Shown here piece by piece: positions 48,723 through 57,711 of a stretch of DNA of 64,000 bases. The stretch spans positions 224,001 through 288,000 of the IMG/VR virus record IMGVR_UViG_3300015615_000629. One strand, 5' to 3'. The stretch's first letter is position 1, and each line of letters starts with the position of its first letter. The notes beneath the pieces are model-generated. The model made no database searches and had not been told where the DNA came from. It saw only the letters and a list, made by a program, of their open reading frames with translations. Origin of the DNA: a virus (taxonomy: Duplodnaviria > Heunggongvirae > Uroviricota > Caudoviricetes). Both the position numbers and the translations under genes were made by a program.

Positions 48723-49116
48723 GATACAAATCTTCTAGTGTGAATGGTGTGTCAACCTCTACCGATTTGTCTTCATTACCAAAGACAAACATCGATTTTC
48801 CCTTTTTTACAACATGTCGCCAATGACAAATCTCTGGGTCAATGGATTTCATCATCAACCCAACATTAAGGTTCATTAGTTCGATATTTTCGTCTTTGAC
48901 GGTTTCATATAAGCCCCTCCAGTTACTCGACGATTCACGGTAACTCTCAGCAAAGAAGCGATAAGAGATTGTCTTGAAAAGGAAAAGGAGAATTACAAAT
49001 ATTACAAAGGCACGATTGTAAAACACAATCGCATACGCAGCTAGAAATATCTCGCTGACACTTTGGATTATTTGGCCAGAGTAGTTCCGCCAAAAGTTTT
49101 TAATCTTCGACAACAT
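48703..49116 (-). CDS. membrane protein (2 TM plus coiled coil)
   Basis: ATG 6 nt after TGtTACAAT; IDP..HW...FGNE shared with 47792-48280. Confidence 0.65.
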   Translation of the reverse strand: MLSKIKNFWRNYSGQIIQSVSEIFLAAYAIVFYNRAFVIFVILLFLFKTISYRFFAESYRESSSNWRGLYETVKDENIELMNLNVGLMMKSIDPEICHWRHVVKKGKSMFVFGNEDKSVEVDTPFTLEDLYHGWNDS

Positions 49117-49151
49117 GGCTACATTGTAACACAAGTTCGCCGATCAGCCAA

Positions 49152-50201
49152 CTAGTCAAATGAAAGGCTGTAAGTGTCTTTGCGACAAGAGGTTAGGTCA
49201 TGAATAAATTTGCCGATCATGCGTTTATTTACGTGTGGCATGACGATAAGATGAGAAAGGTCTTTTTCACTGACCAACTGCCATTTTCGGCAAACCGAAT
49301 TTGATGGACGCTGAAAGACGAGGATATTTGAGAACGGATTAGCCCAGCAGGGATAAGATATTCCTTCAAATTTACTTTTTGAATAATTTAATAAACCAAT
49401 GCAGTAGTTGGTTGATCTTCTTAATCCATTTTTCTGAATTTTTTCCCAAAAATAGGCTGTGGCCAAACCGCTTCTAGAGCCTGTTATTGTTGTATCAAAA
49501 CTATTCAAATAGGGGATGAATCTATTTTTAGATATGGTTTCTGTGGCCAGAAAGACGCCGCAAGGAATAGGAACACCAAGCATTTTGTGTCCAGAGACAG
49601 CAATGCTTTGAAATCCCTGATTGAAATCAATTTTTGGGCCATCTAGAAAAGGTAGGGTTAATCCAAATAAGGCGGCATCTACATGAATATAATGTTGAGT
49701 GTTCTTTAATATCGATTTAATTCTAGGAATATCATCTATGGCCCCTTTCATAGTAGTGCCAACATTAGCCACATAAATAGCTGGGGTGGAGATAATTGCT
49801 TCTAACTTTGAGTAATCCACTTCCCCGTTGCTTTGAGACGGTATTTTTACAAGCCTTAATCCGAGAATATAGGCTGCTTTGTCAATACTGTAATGGGTTT
49901 GATCGGAACAATAAATGGTGGCATTTGGAACCTGTTCCCTGCCACGAAGTAAACCACAAAGGTTTCCTTCGGTGCCACCTGTGGTGACATATCCCCAATA
50001 TTTTTGAAGATTGTATAGGTTGGCGAAGTATTTAAGTATTTCAAGTTCTAGGTCATTAGTATTTAAATGGTAATTAGATTCTTGAAATGGGTCGCCTAGA
50101 TTGTTGATTACGAAGGTATTTTTTGATTTACAACGAATTGGATATCCCAACATGTGCTTGCTGGCGATATCCATCCGTTGTAAATAATTTGATTTCAACA
50201 T
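49152..50201 (-). CDS. PLP-dependent group II decarboxylase (histidine/serine decarboxylase-like)
   Basis: LGYP, NNLGDP, WGYVTTGGTEGNL, THYSI.KA, GTTMKGAID, HVDAAL, SGHK (PLP Lys), GSRSG. Confidence 0.9.
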   Translation of the reverse strand: MLKSNYLQRMDIASKHMLGYPIRCKSKNTFVINNLGDPFQESNYHLNTNDLELEILKYFANLYNLQKYWGYVTTGGTEGNLCGLLRGREQVPNATIYCSDQTHYSIDKAAYILGLRLVKIPSQSNGEVDYSKLEAIISTPAIYVANVGTTMKGAIDDIPRIKSILKNTQHYIHVDAALFGLTLPFLDGPKIDFNQGFQSIAVSGHKMLGVPIPCGVFLATETISKNRFIPYLNSFDTTITGSRSGLATAYFWEKIQKNGLRRSTNYCIGLLNYSKSKFEGISYPCWANPFSNILVFQRPSNSVCRKWQLVSEKDLSHLIVMPHVNKRMIGKFIHDLTSCRKDTYSLSFD

Positions 50202-51073
50202 TACTTGCTCAGTGATTGAACGGTTGTAATGGCTTTTTGAGCTTCGGTCTTGCAGCCTTCACAGCAAAAATAAACTTTCTTGCCGTTAATTTCTAGAAAA
50301 ATATCTTTTGAAACTGGTTCTCCAGACATAGGACACTTTTCAGCGGCTTCAACCGGTGTAACATTCTGATCTTCGATAGGAGTTACATTTTCTGGTTGGG
50401 TTTCTGCGGGCTTAATTTCTGCCGAAGGTGCCTCCGGAGTTACAGGCTTTTCTGCGGTTCCAAGGATTTGTTCTTTAGCCTTGTTTACGCAGTCTTCACA
50501 ACAGAAATAAACTTTCTTATTCCCTATAGTAAGAAAATACTTACTGGAGGCTTCTTCGCCGGTAATAGGACAAGTTCTTTTAGCAACTTGCGGCTTAGGC
50601 TTCGGTGCAGGTGCAGCGGGTGCTGTCTGTGGTTTTTCTTCTACAATTTGCTCTTCTTTAGCGTAAAGATCGCTCTCTCTATAGGGATTTGTAGCTTTCT
50701 GATTGTAATAATTGGAATTTGTTTGCTGACGATTGCGGCTATAAACTAAATATCCCTTTTGCTCGTAACTTTGGCGATAGTTTTCGAAAGGATACCCTGT
50801 ATCGTAGTCAAGAACTCCATTGCCTCTAGAATGAGGTAGAATTCCGTTAATAACAGGTATTACTGAATATTGGTTGTTGTTGTAAACCTTTACAAACACC
50901 ATTTCATCGACTTGTCCACTATACTTGATTTGATAGTTAGTTCCGGATGAAACTTGTCGGATCGAACTTTCCATTCGTTGGCTAACAACCATTTCTTCAT
51001 CATCACAAGCAAAAACTTGTGCGGGAAGTGCAATTAGCAAGGCAAAAAGAATCTTTTTCATAAATTTCTCCAT
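50201..51073 (-). CDS. secreted protein with two YHS/TRASH metal-binding domains
   Basis: Signal peptide; CPITGE...VYFCCEDC and CPMSGE...VYFCCEGC. Confidence 0.85.
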   Translation of the reverse strand: MEKFMKKILFALLIALPAQVFACDDEEMVVSQRMESSIRQVSSGTNYQIKYSGQVDEMVFVKVYNNNQYSVIPVINGILPHSRGNGVLDYDTGYPFENYRQSYEQKGYLVYSRNRQQTNSNYYNQKATNPYRESDLYAKEEQIVEEKPQTAPAAPAPKPKPQVAKRTCPITGEEASSKYFLTIGNKKVYFCCEDCVNKAKEQILGTAEKPVTPEAPSAEIKPAETQPENVTPIEDQNVTPVEAAEKCPMSGEPVSKDIFLEINGKKVYFCCEGCKTEAQKAITTVQSLSK

Positions 51074-52452
51074 TAATAGTTGGTAATTAATTCCGAGTTG
51101 TCGAAAGTGTAATTAACAGGATACATGATTGTATTTGACTGTGTGTTGTTTCTGACGAAATAAAACCTAACAGGACTGTGGCTTTTTGACATAAATTCTA
51201 AATCATCAAAATTCTTTACAGCATATCCTGTTTTAGCTGGTGCTGGACTTCTTTTATCGACCGGAGTGGCCATGTAGATAACATCGTTTCTTTTAATTCC
51301 AGACTTGGCAGCGTTTCCGCCAACTTTCACATCTGTAACTAAAAATCCTACTCGATTTATAAATTTACTGTATTTTTCAATTCCGGTCAATCCGTAAATA
51401 TCCCAAATCTTATTTCTATGGTCGTATTCTCCCCTATCGACAAAATATGCTATTTTGTAATTTTTATGGATTTCTGGGTCGTAAAAGGCAATCCTGCCAT
51501 TTTCAAACTCTTGCTTTCTGAATTCATACGTTCCATCTTTGTATACTTTTCCATAAGGATTCCAAGAGAAAATCCCATCGCTTCCCCTGATTCTGCCTGT
51601 TAAATTTGGGTGTTCGTATATTATTTTTTCGCCTGGAATGAGCCTATCGACAGAGACTTGTGTTTGAGCGTGACAACTCTGGCATCTCGAATCATCCATG
51701 TCGATCAAGCCGAGTTTGTAGTCTTTTGGAAAAAGGCTATACAAATCGTTACTACAAGGAGTCCATTGATCTTCTGTAACATCCTTAAAAGGCAGAGACA
51801 GGAGAAAATCTACTTGAACTTCATTTAATTTGGGTAATATTTCTACATTTCCGCTAGCAACAAATACTTTATCATTTTCTGGATTTTCGATTTTTAGAAA
51901 TTTATATTTAGGAGTATATTGAACTCCCATTAATTCCATAAATTCTTCTCTATTGGCGACCGGCCGATATACATTGATTTTCCAACTGGTTGCCGTTTTT
52001 TCACGAGTTCTAATTTCATAGGCGATTCTTCCCTTTCCGCCTGGACGATCTACAAGAAGAAGTTCGCCAACAATGGCTCCCGTTGGAAATATCCACTTTA
52101 CAGGATGTGATTTAATTACTGCTACTGGTTCCCCTGGAAGGAATAAGAAGTTGACGCTGGTATAGGTGTGTTCAAAACCATTGATGCCAAAAGTGTTATC
52201 CCAGGGAAAGTCTAGATTGGCGTTATGATCCCTTAAATAATGGGCTTCAAAGACGCCTTGATATCTGGAACTTTTAAGTTGATAGTATCTAGGTATCTTA
52301 TAAAAGACGGTGCTAGGGCTAGTTAGAACTTTAGCCAAACGTTCATCACTTGTCTTAGGCAAGGTGAAGTTTGCAGAAGCCAGATCAAGTGGGTATTGAG
52401 CGTTGGCAATCTGACAGAAGGTCAGAAACAGAAAGAAATAGATAGTTTTCAT
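51073..52452 (-). CDS. secreted protein with CxxCH heme motif and C-terminal PDZ-like domain
   Basis: Signal peptide; CQSCH; GFLVTDVKVGGNAAKSGIKRNDVI. Confidence 0.7.
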   Translation of the reverse strand: MKTIYFFLFLTFCQIANAQYPLDLASANFTLPKTSDERLAKVLTSPSTVFYKIPRYYQLKSSRYQGVFEAHYLRDHNANLDFPWDNTFGINGFEHTYTSVNFLFLPGEPVAVIKSHPVKWIFPTGAIVGELLLVDRPGGKGRIAYEIRTREKTATSWKINVYRPVANREEFMELMGVQYTPKYKFLKIENPENDKVFVASGNVEILPKLNEVQVDFLLSLPFKDVTEDQWTPCSNDLYSLFPKDYKLGLIDMDDSRCQSCHAQTQVSVDRLIPGEKIIYEHPNLTGRIRGSDGIFSWNPYGKVYKDGTYEFRKQEFENGRIAFYDPEIHKNYKIAYFVDRGEYDHRNKIWDIYGLTGIEKYSKFINRVGFLVTDVKVGGNAAKSGIKRNDVIYMATPVDKRSPAPAKTGYAVKNFDDLEFMSKSHSPVRFYFVRNNTQSNTIMYPVNYTFDNSELITNY

Positions 52453-52511
52453 CCATATGCTCCGTGGTTTTCAGGAGCATATGGGAAAACTATTTCTGCT
52501 GTCAATACGAA

Positions 52512-52769
52512 TTAAAAGGGAAGATACCAATAATAATTGTATGGGCGGTAGTAATACGGTGGATTATAAGGTCCATAAGGCCCATATGGAGCATATCGTT
52601 GACGATAACGATAAGTTGGCGGAACTGGAGTATAATTATAATTTGGGTAATTAGGGTAATATTGATATCTTGGCTGAGATGGTGGATATCCGTGACGGTA
52701 ATGTGGGCGAGCCGCTATAGCGGTTGCACCAAGCAATAATATTGCGAATGCTAATACTAAATTTTTCAT
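52512..52769 (-). CDS. small secreted Tyr/Pro-rich protein
   Basis: SD AGGAGG; signal peptide; YPNY/PYG repeats. Confidence 0.7.
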   Translation of the reverse strand: MKNLVLAFAILLLGATAIAARPHYRHGYPPSQPRYQYYPNYPNYNYTPVPPTYRYRQRYAPYGPYGPYNPPYYYRPYNYYWYLPF

Positions 52770-52780
52770 GATAAGCCCTC

Positions 52781-53035
52781 CTAAACTATATATAACTTGA
52801 TTTCGTGAATTAGTAATTGTTGCACCAATTCCCAATATTTATCTGTATAAGGTTCTGGTGTATCACAATAACAATTCGGCAATCTCCCCGAACAAATCCA
52901 TTTGTGGATTTTTGCTTCTGTTAGAGAAGTAAAAGGCTCAGAATCAAAAAATTCAACTGCATAGAATTTGGCTTCTTCGTCCCAATTAACTTCGCCAACA
53001 ACCTTGTCTTGATTCTTAAGATGTGCGGTTTTCAT
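52781..53035 (-). CDS. hypothetical protein
   Basis: 84-aa ORF, ATGA overlap. Confidence 0.65.
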   Translation of the reverse strand: MKTAHLKNQDKVVGEVNWDEEAKFYAVEFFDSEPFTSLTEAKIHKWICSGRLPNCYCDTPEPYTDKYWELVQQLLIHEIKLYIV

Positions 53036-53640
53036 TTGAAATCTTTTGGATCATAAACTTCCATCCACATTTCAATTTGATCTTTCAAAGAAATCCAGGG
53101 ATCAATTTGTTCCCTAATTTCTTCTGTGCTGAAGTCTTTTAAGGTATCGGGAAGCAGGTTGTTTTCTTCAGGTGTTAAATCTCTTTCCTTTGATATTTTG
53201 ATAATTTCTAATTCTTTTTGAACTACTTGGAGACGGCATTTTAGAGCATAGTGAATCAAACAAGCGGAATGTTTTGATATTGATAGGGTTTTTGTTGGTT
53301 CAATTGGTGGCGTTTTTTGCCATGCTTTCTCGGTGAGATACTTGTAATCTTCTACTAAATTGTGTGGAGATATGGCATCCTCTCTAAACTCGTTTCTAAA
53401 GGGAAGCATCCGTTCCCCATAAGGCCCCATAAGTTTCTCTAATTTATCTTTGTCATCGAGTTTGATAACAATAGCGTTATATCCTTCTCCATCATTAACA
53501 AAACAGCCAGCAGCGGATTGATTATCAACAATTGCTTCATCTATAGCCTGCCTAAGTTTCAGCAAGGCTTTAGTGTCACCAACGATAATAGCATCGCCAT
53601 GTTCTCGGTTTTGGGCGAACAGATGAAGAATGTTATCCAT
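53032..53640 (-). CDS. hypothetical protein
   Basis: 202-aa ORF. Confidence 0.7.
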   Translation of the reverse strand: MDNILHLFAQNREHGDAIIVGDTKALLKLRQAIDEAIVDNQSAAGCFVNDGEGYNAIVIKLDDKDKLEKLMGPYGERMLPFRNEFREDAISPHNLVEDYKYLTEKAWQKTPPIEPTKTLSISKHSACLIHYALKCRLQVVQKELEIIKISKERDLTPEENNLLPDTLKDFSTEEIREQIDPWISLKDQIEMWMEVYDPKDFK

Positions 53641-53926
53641 ACCGTCGTTTCCTCATGTTTTGCATTCTTACAATGCTAATGCCAACCACTAGCGATGTTA
53701 CAAAGATACCGAAAAGCGGGAAAAACTTACATAGAAAAAAGCAAGCAGAAATAGATAAAACTGCTAGAAATATCTCTTTAAAGATGAGTAATAAAGCTAT
53801 TTTCTTGCAATTTGGCAAGATGTCTTCTCGGTTTCCGCCTTGGTTAACCCATAAAAAGTACAATTGACGGATATTGATTTCGTCATTAAAAAACCTTTGA
53901 AGAATATTTTTTTCTTGCTTGTTCAT
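53633..53926 (-). CDS. hypothetical membrane protein
   Basis: Two TM-like segments. Confidence 0.6.
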   Translation of the reverse strand: MNKQEKNILQRFFNDEINIRQLYFLWVNQGGNREDILPNCKKIALLLIFKEIFLAVLSISACFFLCKFFPLFGIFVTSLVVGISIVRMQNMRKRRYG

Positions 53927-54047
53927 GTTCTACCTTGCTGAGACAAGTGAATAAATAAAAATAAAAGCGAATAATGTAAAAGTAAAGCCAACCAAAAATA
54001 GGTCGAACATTTAAATTTCCTTAGATTTGATTATAAATAATTTTACT

Positions 54048-54248
54048 ATGAAAACTTTCAAAGAGTGGATAAAAGAACAAATGCACATGGGTAGACCACA
54101 CGGACCTATGGGGCCTGATGGCAAAGTTTATGGATGGAGTAGCGGGCCAGTATCCCAAGTTCAAGGAACAAACACTTGGAAGTCAGATGATCGTCAACTA
54201 CCAAAAACCAATTTGCCAAAAGTAAATCCAAAGAGGTCAAAACCTTAA
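54048..54248 (+). CDS. small protein with T4 capsid-targeting-like N-terminus (MKTFKEWIKE)
   Basis: T4-type late promoter TATAAATA at 54032-54039, 8 nt upstream of ATG. Confidence 0.7.
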   Translation: MKTFKEWIKEQMHMGRPHGPMGPDGKVYGWSSGPVSQVQGTNTWKSDDRQLPKTNLPKVNPKRSKP

Positions 54249-55240
54249 ATTTCCTTAGCTAAGTTAGCATAAAGTTCTTTTGGATCGACTTCTGATAAGC
54301 CGCTCATCTGAGCATCATTCACTTCAACAAGTACCCAACCGCCTTCTTCTTTTTCTGCAATATCCAAAACAAAGAAATTCACATGTTTCGATACAATTTT
54401 AGCGACTTCATCGGCGAAGTTAAGACCAACTTCGTCTATTGTTCCTTTGCTTACATCATCAGCATTCGACCAATAATAGCCATGAGCAAGCCGTTTATCA
54501 CCAAGATAGAAGAATCTCCATTCATTGGTTATTGGCAAGTCGTATAGTCCAGTCTCCAAACGCTTTAAAGGAACATATTTTCGGTAAATTACCCCTTGTG
54601 GGCCAATTAGTGAATCATAGGCTAGTTCGATAGCAAGTTCTGATGCTTGCCGTTTAGTTTCGGCAAACATTGATTTATTCCATCTGTGTTTTCTGGAATT
54701 GGTTTTACCTTTTACCACAAATGGGCCAGGATGCTTACACTGATAGAAATTATTGTCATCCCATGACTCGAAAGTATAGTCTTTTAATACTTCGTAATAT
54801 TCGAAATCCGCAATCCAACGATGTTGGTCATAAGAATTTATCAGATAACAATTGTTGGACTCTAAATCTCGTTCCAACTCTTTATAATAAGGTAAAACAG
54901 AATATCGCCCAACCACAAGGTTGTTTTTGCATTCTGTTCGTTTCTTACAGACCGAAAGATGCTTTTCTGCCTCCTGTAGTTCACCCTTAAGGGTTTCTTC
55001 CTCTCGGAAGAGTAGAACTGGATTCGTATATGGCTTTTCCCACTTTTTAGTTAATGCGTCCACGGCATTCCAAGAGTAAGTATAATCTTCAAATGGTCCG
55101 TTGTTTAGAATTGGGTGCTTTTCAAAGGCAGCGAAGTCCCTACCCAAGAAATTCTTGATAACCTCTGTTGGGACTACACTGTAGTTTTTTATGGTAACAA
55201 TATGTGGTTGTATCAATGCCTCGGCTTCGGTTCTATTCAT
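54245..55240 (-). CDS. ATP-grasp ligase (R2K/DUF4343-like clade)
   Basis: PFVVKG..NSRK..W, RKYVPL, NEWRFF, FFVLDIA, VEVNDAQMSGL. Confidence 0.85.
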   Translation of the reverse strand: MNRTEAEALIQPHIVTIKNYSVVPTEVIKNFLGRDFAAFEKHPILNNGPFEDYTYSWNAVDALTKKWEKPYTNPVLLFREEETLKGELQEAEKHLSVCKKRTECKNNLVVGRYSVLPYYKELERDLESNNCYLINSYDQHRWIADFEYYEVLKDYTFESWDDNNFYQCKHPGPFVVKGKTNSRKHRWNKSMFAETKRQASELAIELAYDSLIGPQGVIYRKYVPLKRLETGLYDLPITNEWRFFYLGDKRLAHGYYWSNADDVSKGTIDEVGLNFADEVAKIVSKHVNFFVLDIAEKEEGGWVLVEVNDAQMSGLSEVDPKELYANLAKEI

Positions 55241-55554
55241 TTTTTAGGCATTCCTGAAACACCGGGGAAACGTCGTTCTTCTAGATATTTTTTATATTCT
55301 GGGGTTGTGATATCCATTTCGTAGGCGAATCGTCCATTGTGATATATTCTAGCAATTTTGTTGCATTGAATGACAATAGTAGGAGCGTTTGTCATAGCAC
55401 AACCGCCAATACCTGGAAATCCACATGTTGTGCTACCCCACATTTGGTAATGTATATGAATCTCAAATAAAGACTCTGGTTCCAATTCCTCGAATGCTTT
55501 CATGGCATCATCGTAACATTTGGCAAAAACTTCAGGTGTTAATTGACGGTGCAT
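55237..55554 (-). CDS. hypothetical phage protein
   Basis: QMWGSTTCGF.GIGG.AMT.A motif. Confidence 0.7.
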   Translation of the reverse strand: MHRQLTPEVFAKCYDDAMKAFEELEPESLFEIHIHYQMWGSTTCGFPGIGGCAMTNAPTIVIQCNKIARIYHNGRFAYEMDITTPEYKKYLEERRFPGVSGMPKK

Positions 55555-55885
55555 TGATTACCTTCCATCTAAATTCTGGTGGCGTACACTCACAACACCT
55601 TAGACGCTCTCCACAAGTCTGACAATATCCTTCACAATGCGGGCTCATAACAACATACTTGCCATTCTTGTCTGGCTTAAATTCTACATCCGGAAGCGGT
55701 TTCCCACAATGAGGACAGAAATTAACCGTTGATAATTCCCTGAAATATGTTGCACTATTTGTAAATAAAGCCCGCCAAGTAGGCTTTTCAGACAAATCAC
55801 CATCATAGATGCTATCAGGGCAAACAAGGAAAACGATGCCCTGTTCGGACTCTTCACAGCAATTAGGTGTTACTCTTTTTCTCAT
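55532..55885 (-). CDS. Cys-rich zinc-ribbon protein
   Basis: CC, FCPHCG, YC.TCG..CC.C. Confidence 0.7.
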   Translation of the reverse strand: MRKRVTPNCCEESEQGIVFLVCPDSIYDGDLSEKPTWRALFTNSATYFRELSTVNFCPHCGKPLPDVEFKPDKNGKYVVMSPHCEGYCQTCGERLRCCECTPPEFRWKVINAPSINT

Positions 55886-56520
55886 ATCTGAGTTATTTTC
55901 ATATCCTTAAGAGTAATTGTCCAGTTGTGTTTAACGCCACCCAAATAACTAATGATTTCTTCAGTAGCAACAGTTGTGGTTAATAGGATGACGTTTCGAC
56001 TCATGGGGTTATCACAACCATCTATGCCATTATCTCTAGGAACAACATAAGATTCATCCCAGATGATTTCCCCATAACTACCAGAACCATCCAATCCTAA
56101 ATGTAAACAAGGAATTTTGCTCTTTCTTGTTTCGTCTTGAAGGATTTTTCGGGCAGTCGGATTGTCGAAACAATCAATTACCAAAGAACATTTTCGGATA
56201 AGCTTAGATGCGTTCTCGGCGGTGAGTTGCCGATTTACTGTCTCTATCTCAACGCCAATGTTTCTGAATACTTTGTTCTTAATGGCATCTACTTTAAGAG
56301 CACCAACATCGGTAGTCGCCCATACTTGGGTATTTAGATTATGAATCTCTACCCGATCCATATCGAGAACTTTAATTTTACTAAAGCCTTGGCGGGTAAG
56401 ATTATCTACAAGATTGCTGCCTAATGCCCCGACACCACAGACTAGGATGTCCAGATCGGATATTTTCTTAATCAAATCTTTTCCGCGAAATATTTCTTCG
56501 TGGTGAAATTTACTTCGCAT
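55882..56520 (-). CDS. ThiF/MoeB-family E1-like adenylyltransferase
   Basis: VCGVGALGS, DMDRVE.HNL..Q, K, IDCFDN; candidate catalytic Cys in DGCD. Confidence 0.92.
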   Translation of the reverse strand: MRSKFHHEEIFRGKDLIKKISDLDILVCGVGALGSNLVDNLTRQGFSKIKVLDMDRVEIHNLNTQVWATTDVGALKVDAIKNKVFRNIGVEIETVNRQLTAENASKLIRKCSLVIDCFDNPTARKILQDETRKSKIPCLHLGLDGSGSYGEIIWDESYVVPRDNGIDGCDNPMSRNVILLTTTVATEEIISYLGGVKHNWTITLKDMKITQI

Positions 56521-56692
56521 TTAAGTGCCTTCTGAATCCTTCGACAATCTGCTCATCTGTGTAAGCATCTAAACTAGGCAAGCCATGTTTCTTGCCCATT
56601 TTCTTCATTTTGGTGATAATTCGATGTAATCGCCAACCGTAGTAGTTCGCCATTAGCCAATGGTAATAGTAGGCAATTCTATCCATGAACAT
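56510..56692 (-). CDS. hypothetical protein
   Basis: 60-aa ORF tiling. Confidence 0.55.
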   Translation of the reverse strand: MFMDRIAYYYHWLMANYYGWRLHRIITKMKKMGKKHGLPSLDAYTDEQIVEGFRRHLNAK

Positions 56693-57116
56693 CTGGCAAT
56701 TCCAATTCTTTATAGGTTATTTTTTTGAAATCGAATGTAAAGTGCTTTATACCTGGAATTCGGTAATCTCGCATTGGTTCGCTGTCGATGTCGAGGAATA
56801 AAGCGTCTGCCCCGCCGTCGTGTCTGTTTCCTATAACAACCTCGTTGATTATTTTTGTGGTGTTAAAATCTATACATTGACAGCAGTATTCTCCGTCTTT
56901 TAAATCTACTTCTACTATCTTTCCTTCGTTGACAGATTCGGAACCCATGTCGTTATATGTGAAATTATTCTCGACTACACCTTTTGCAACAAAAGGATAA
57001 GGATAGATTGTCACATCGCCGACAACGACCACGGGCCGCTCAACAGGCTTTATCTTAGTTCCACAACTATCGCAAATTCTCATGCTCGCCTCGCATGATC
57101 GATTAAAATTCCCCAT
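56679..57116 (-). CDS. hypothetical protein with CxxC pairs
   Basis: ICDSCG ... YCCQC. Confidence 0.6.
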   Translation of the reverse strand: MGNFNRSCEASMRICDSCGTKIKPVERPVVVVGDVTIYPYPFVAKGVVENNFTYNDMGSESVNEGKIVEVDLKDGEYCCQCIDFNTTKIINEVVIGNRHDGGADALFLDIDSEPMRDYRIPGIKHFTFDFKKITYKELELPDVHG

Positions 57117-57313
57117 TCTTCATTGCGATATTGATTTCGTTCTCTTAGGCAAGATTCTACATGTTTCAAGTTTAAACTAGAATCTTTGCTGGCAATATTG
57201 ACACCGCATTCTATGGCTTTATCCAGGCTTGGAGTATAATAACATTCTGATACTTCAATAGGGTGGTCCCAAAAGATAAGGCTAATTACAAACATTCTAC
57301 AAATTCTATCCAA
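57080..57313 (-). CDS. hypothetical protein
   Basis: 77-aa ORF tiling. Confidence 0.5.
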   Translation of the reverse strand: MDRICRMFVISLIFWDHPIEVSECYYTPSLDKAIECGVNIASKDSSLNLKHVESCLRERNQYRNEEWGILIDHARRA

Positions 57314-57711
57314 GTTATTGTTATGTTTCTGCTTTTTGCGAAATCGTAAGTTCTTTTGCCTAATTCGTTAAATTCATCCTTGTTTGGCGTTCGACTTAAA
57401 TGAATTGCTAAAGACAAATATGCAGGATATCTAGCCGTTCCCAACGTGGTGTGGTATTTCTTCTCGTATTCATCGCAATTCGACGAAAATGCATCTTCTT
57501 TTACGGGTTCCCCGTTATGGTCTGTGAACCAGCCTTTTGTAGGCCACATTTCGCAGCAACTGGGGAATAAATCATCTTCGTATACCTTCTCATTCACAAA
57601 ATCTGTTGTTATTTCAACCAAATCGTCATTACCTTCCATAACATATGAAGCAAGTTCTTGGTAAAAGTCGCCAACGTAATTCTCGGTATCAATAATTAAA
57701 AGTTTTTTCAT
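57286..57711 (-). CDS. hypothetical phage protein
   Basis: 141-aa ORF, ATGA overlap. Confidence 0.7.
   Translation of the reverse strand: MKKLLIIDTENYVGDFYQELASYVMEGNDDLVEITTDFVNEKVYEDDLFPSCCEMWPTKGWFTDHNGEPVKEDAFSSNCDEYEKKYHTTLGTARYPAYLSLAIHLSRTPNKDEFNELGKRTYDFAKSRNITITWIEFVECL

Noticed and set aside
55882-56520. ThiF as a thiamine/molybdopterin biosynthesis gene
   Set aside because: No thiG/moaE or related pathway genes nearby; the context is JAB, E2-like and Ubl genes
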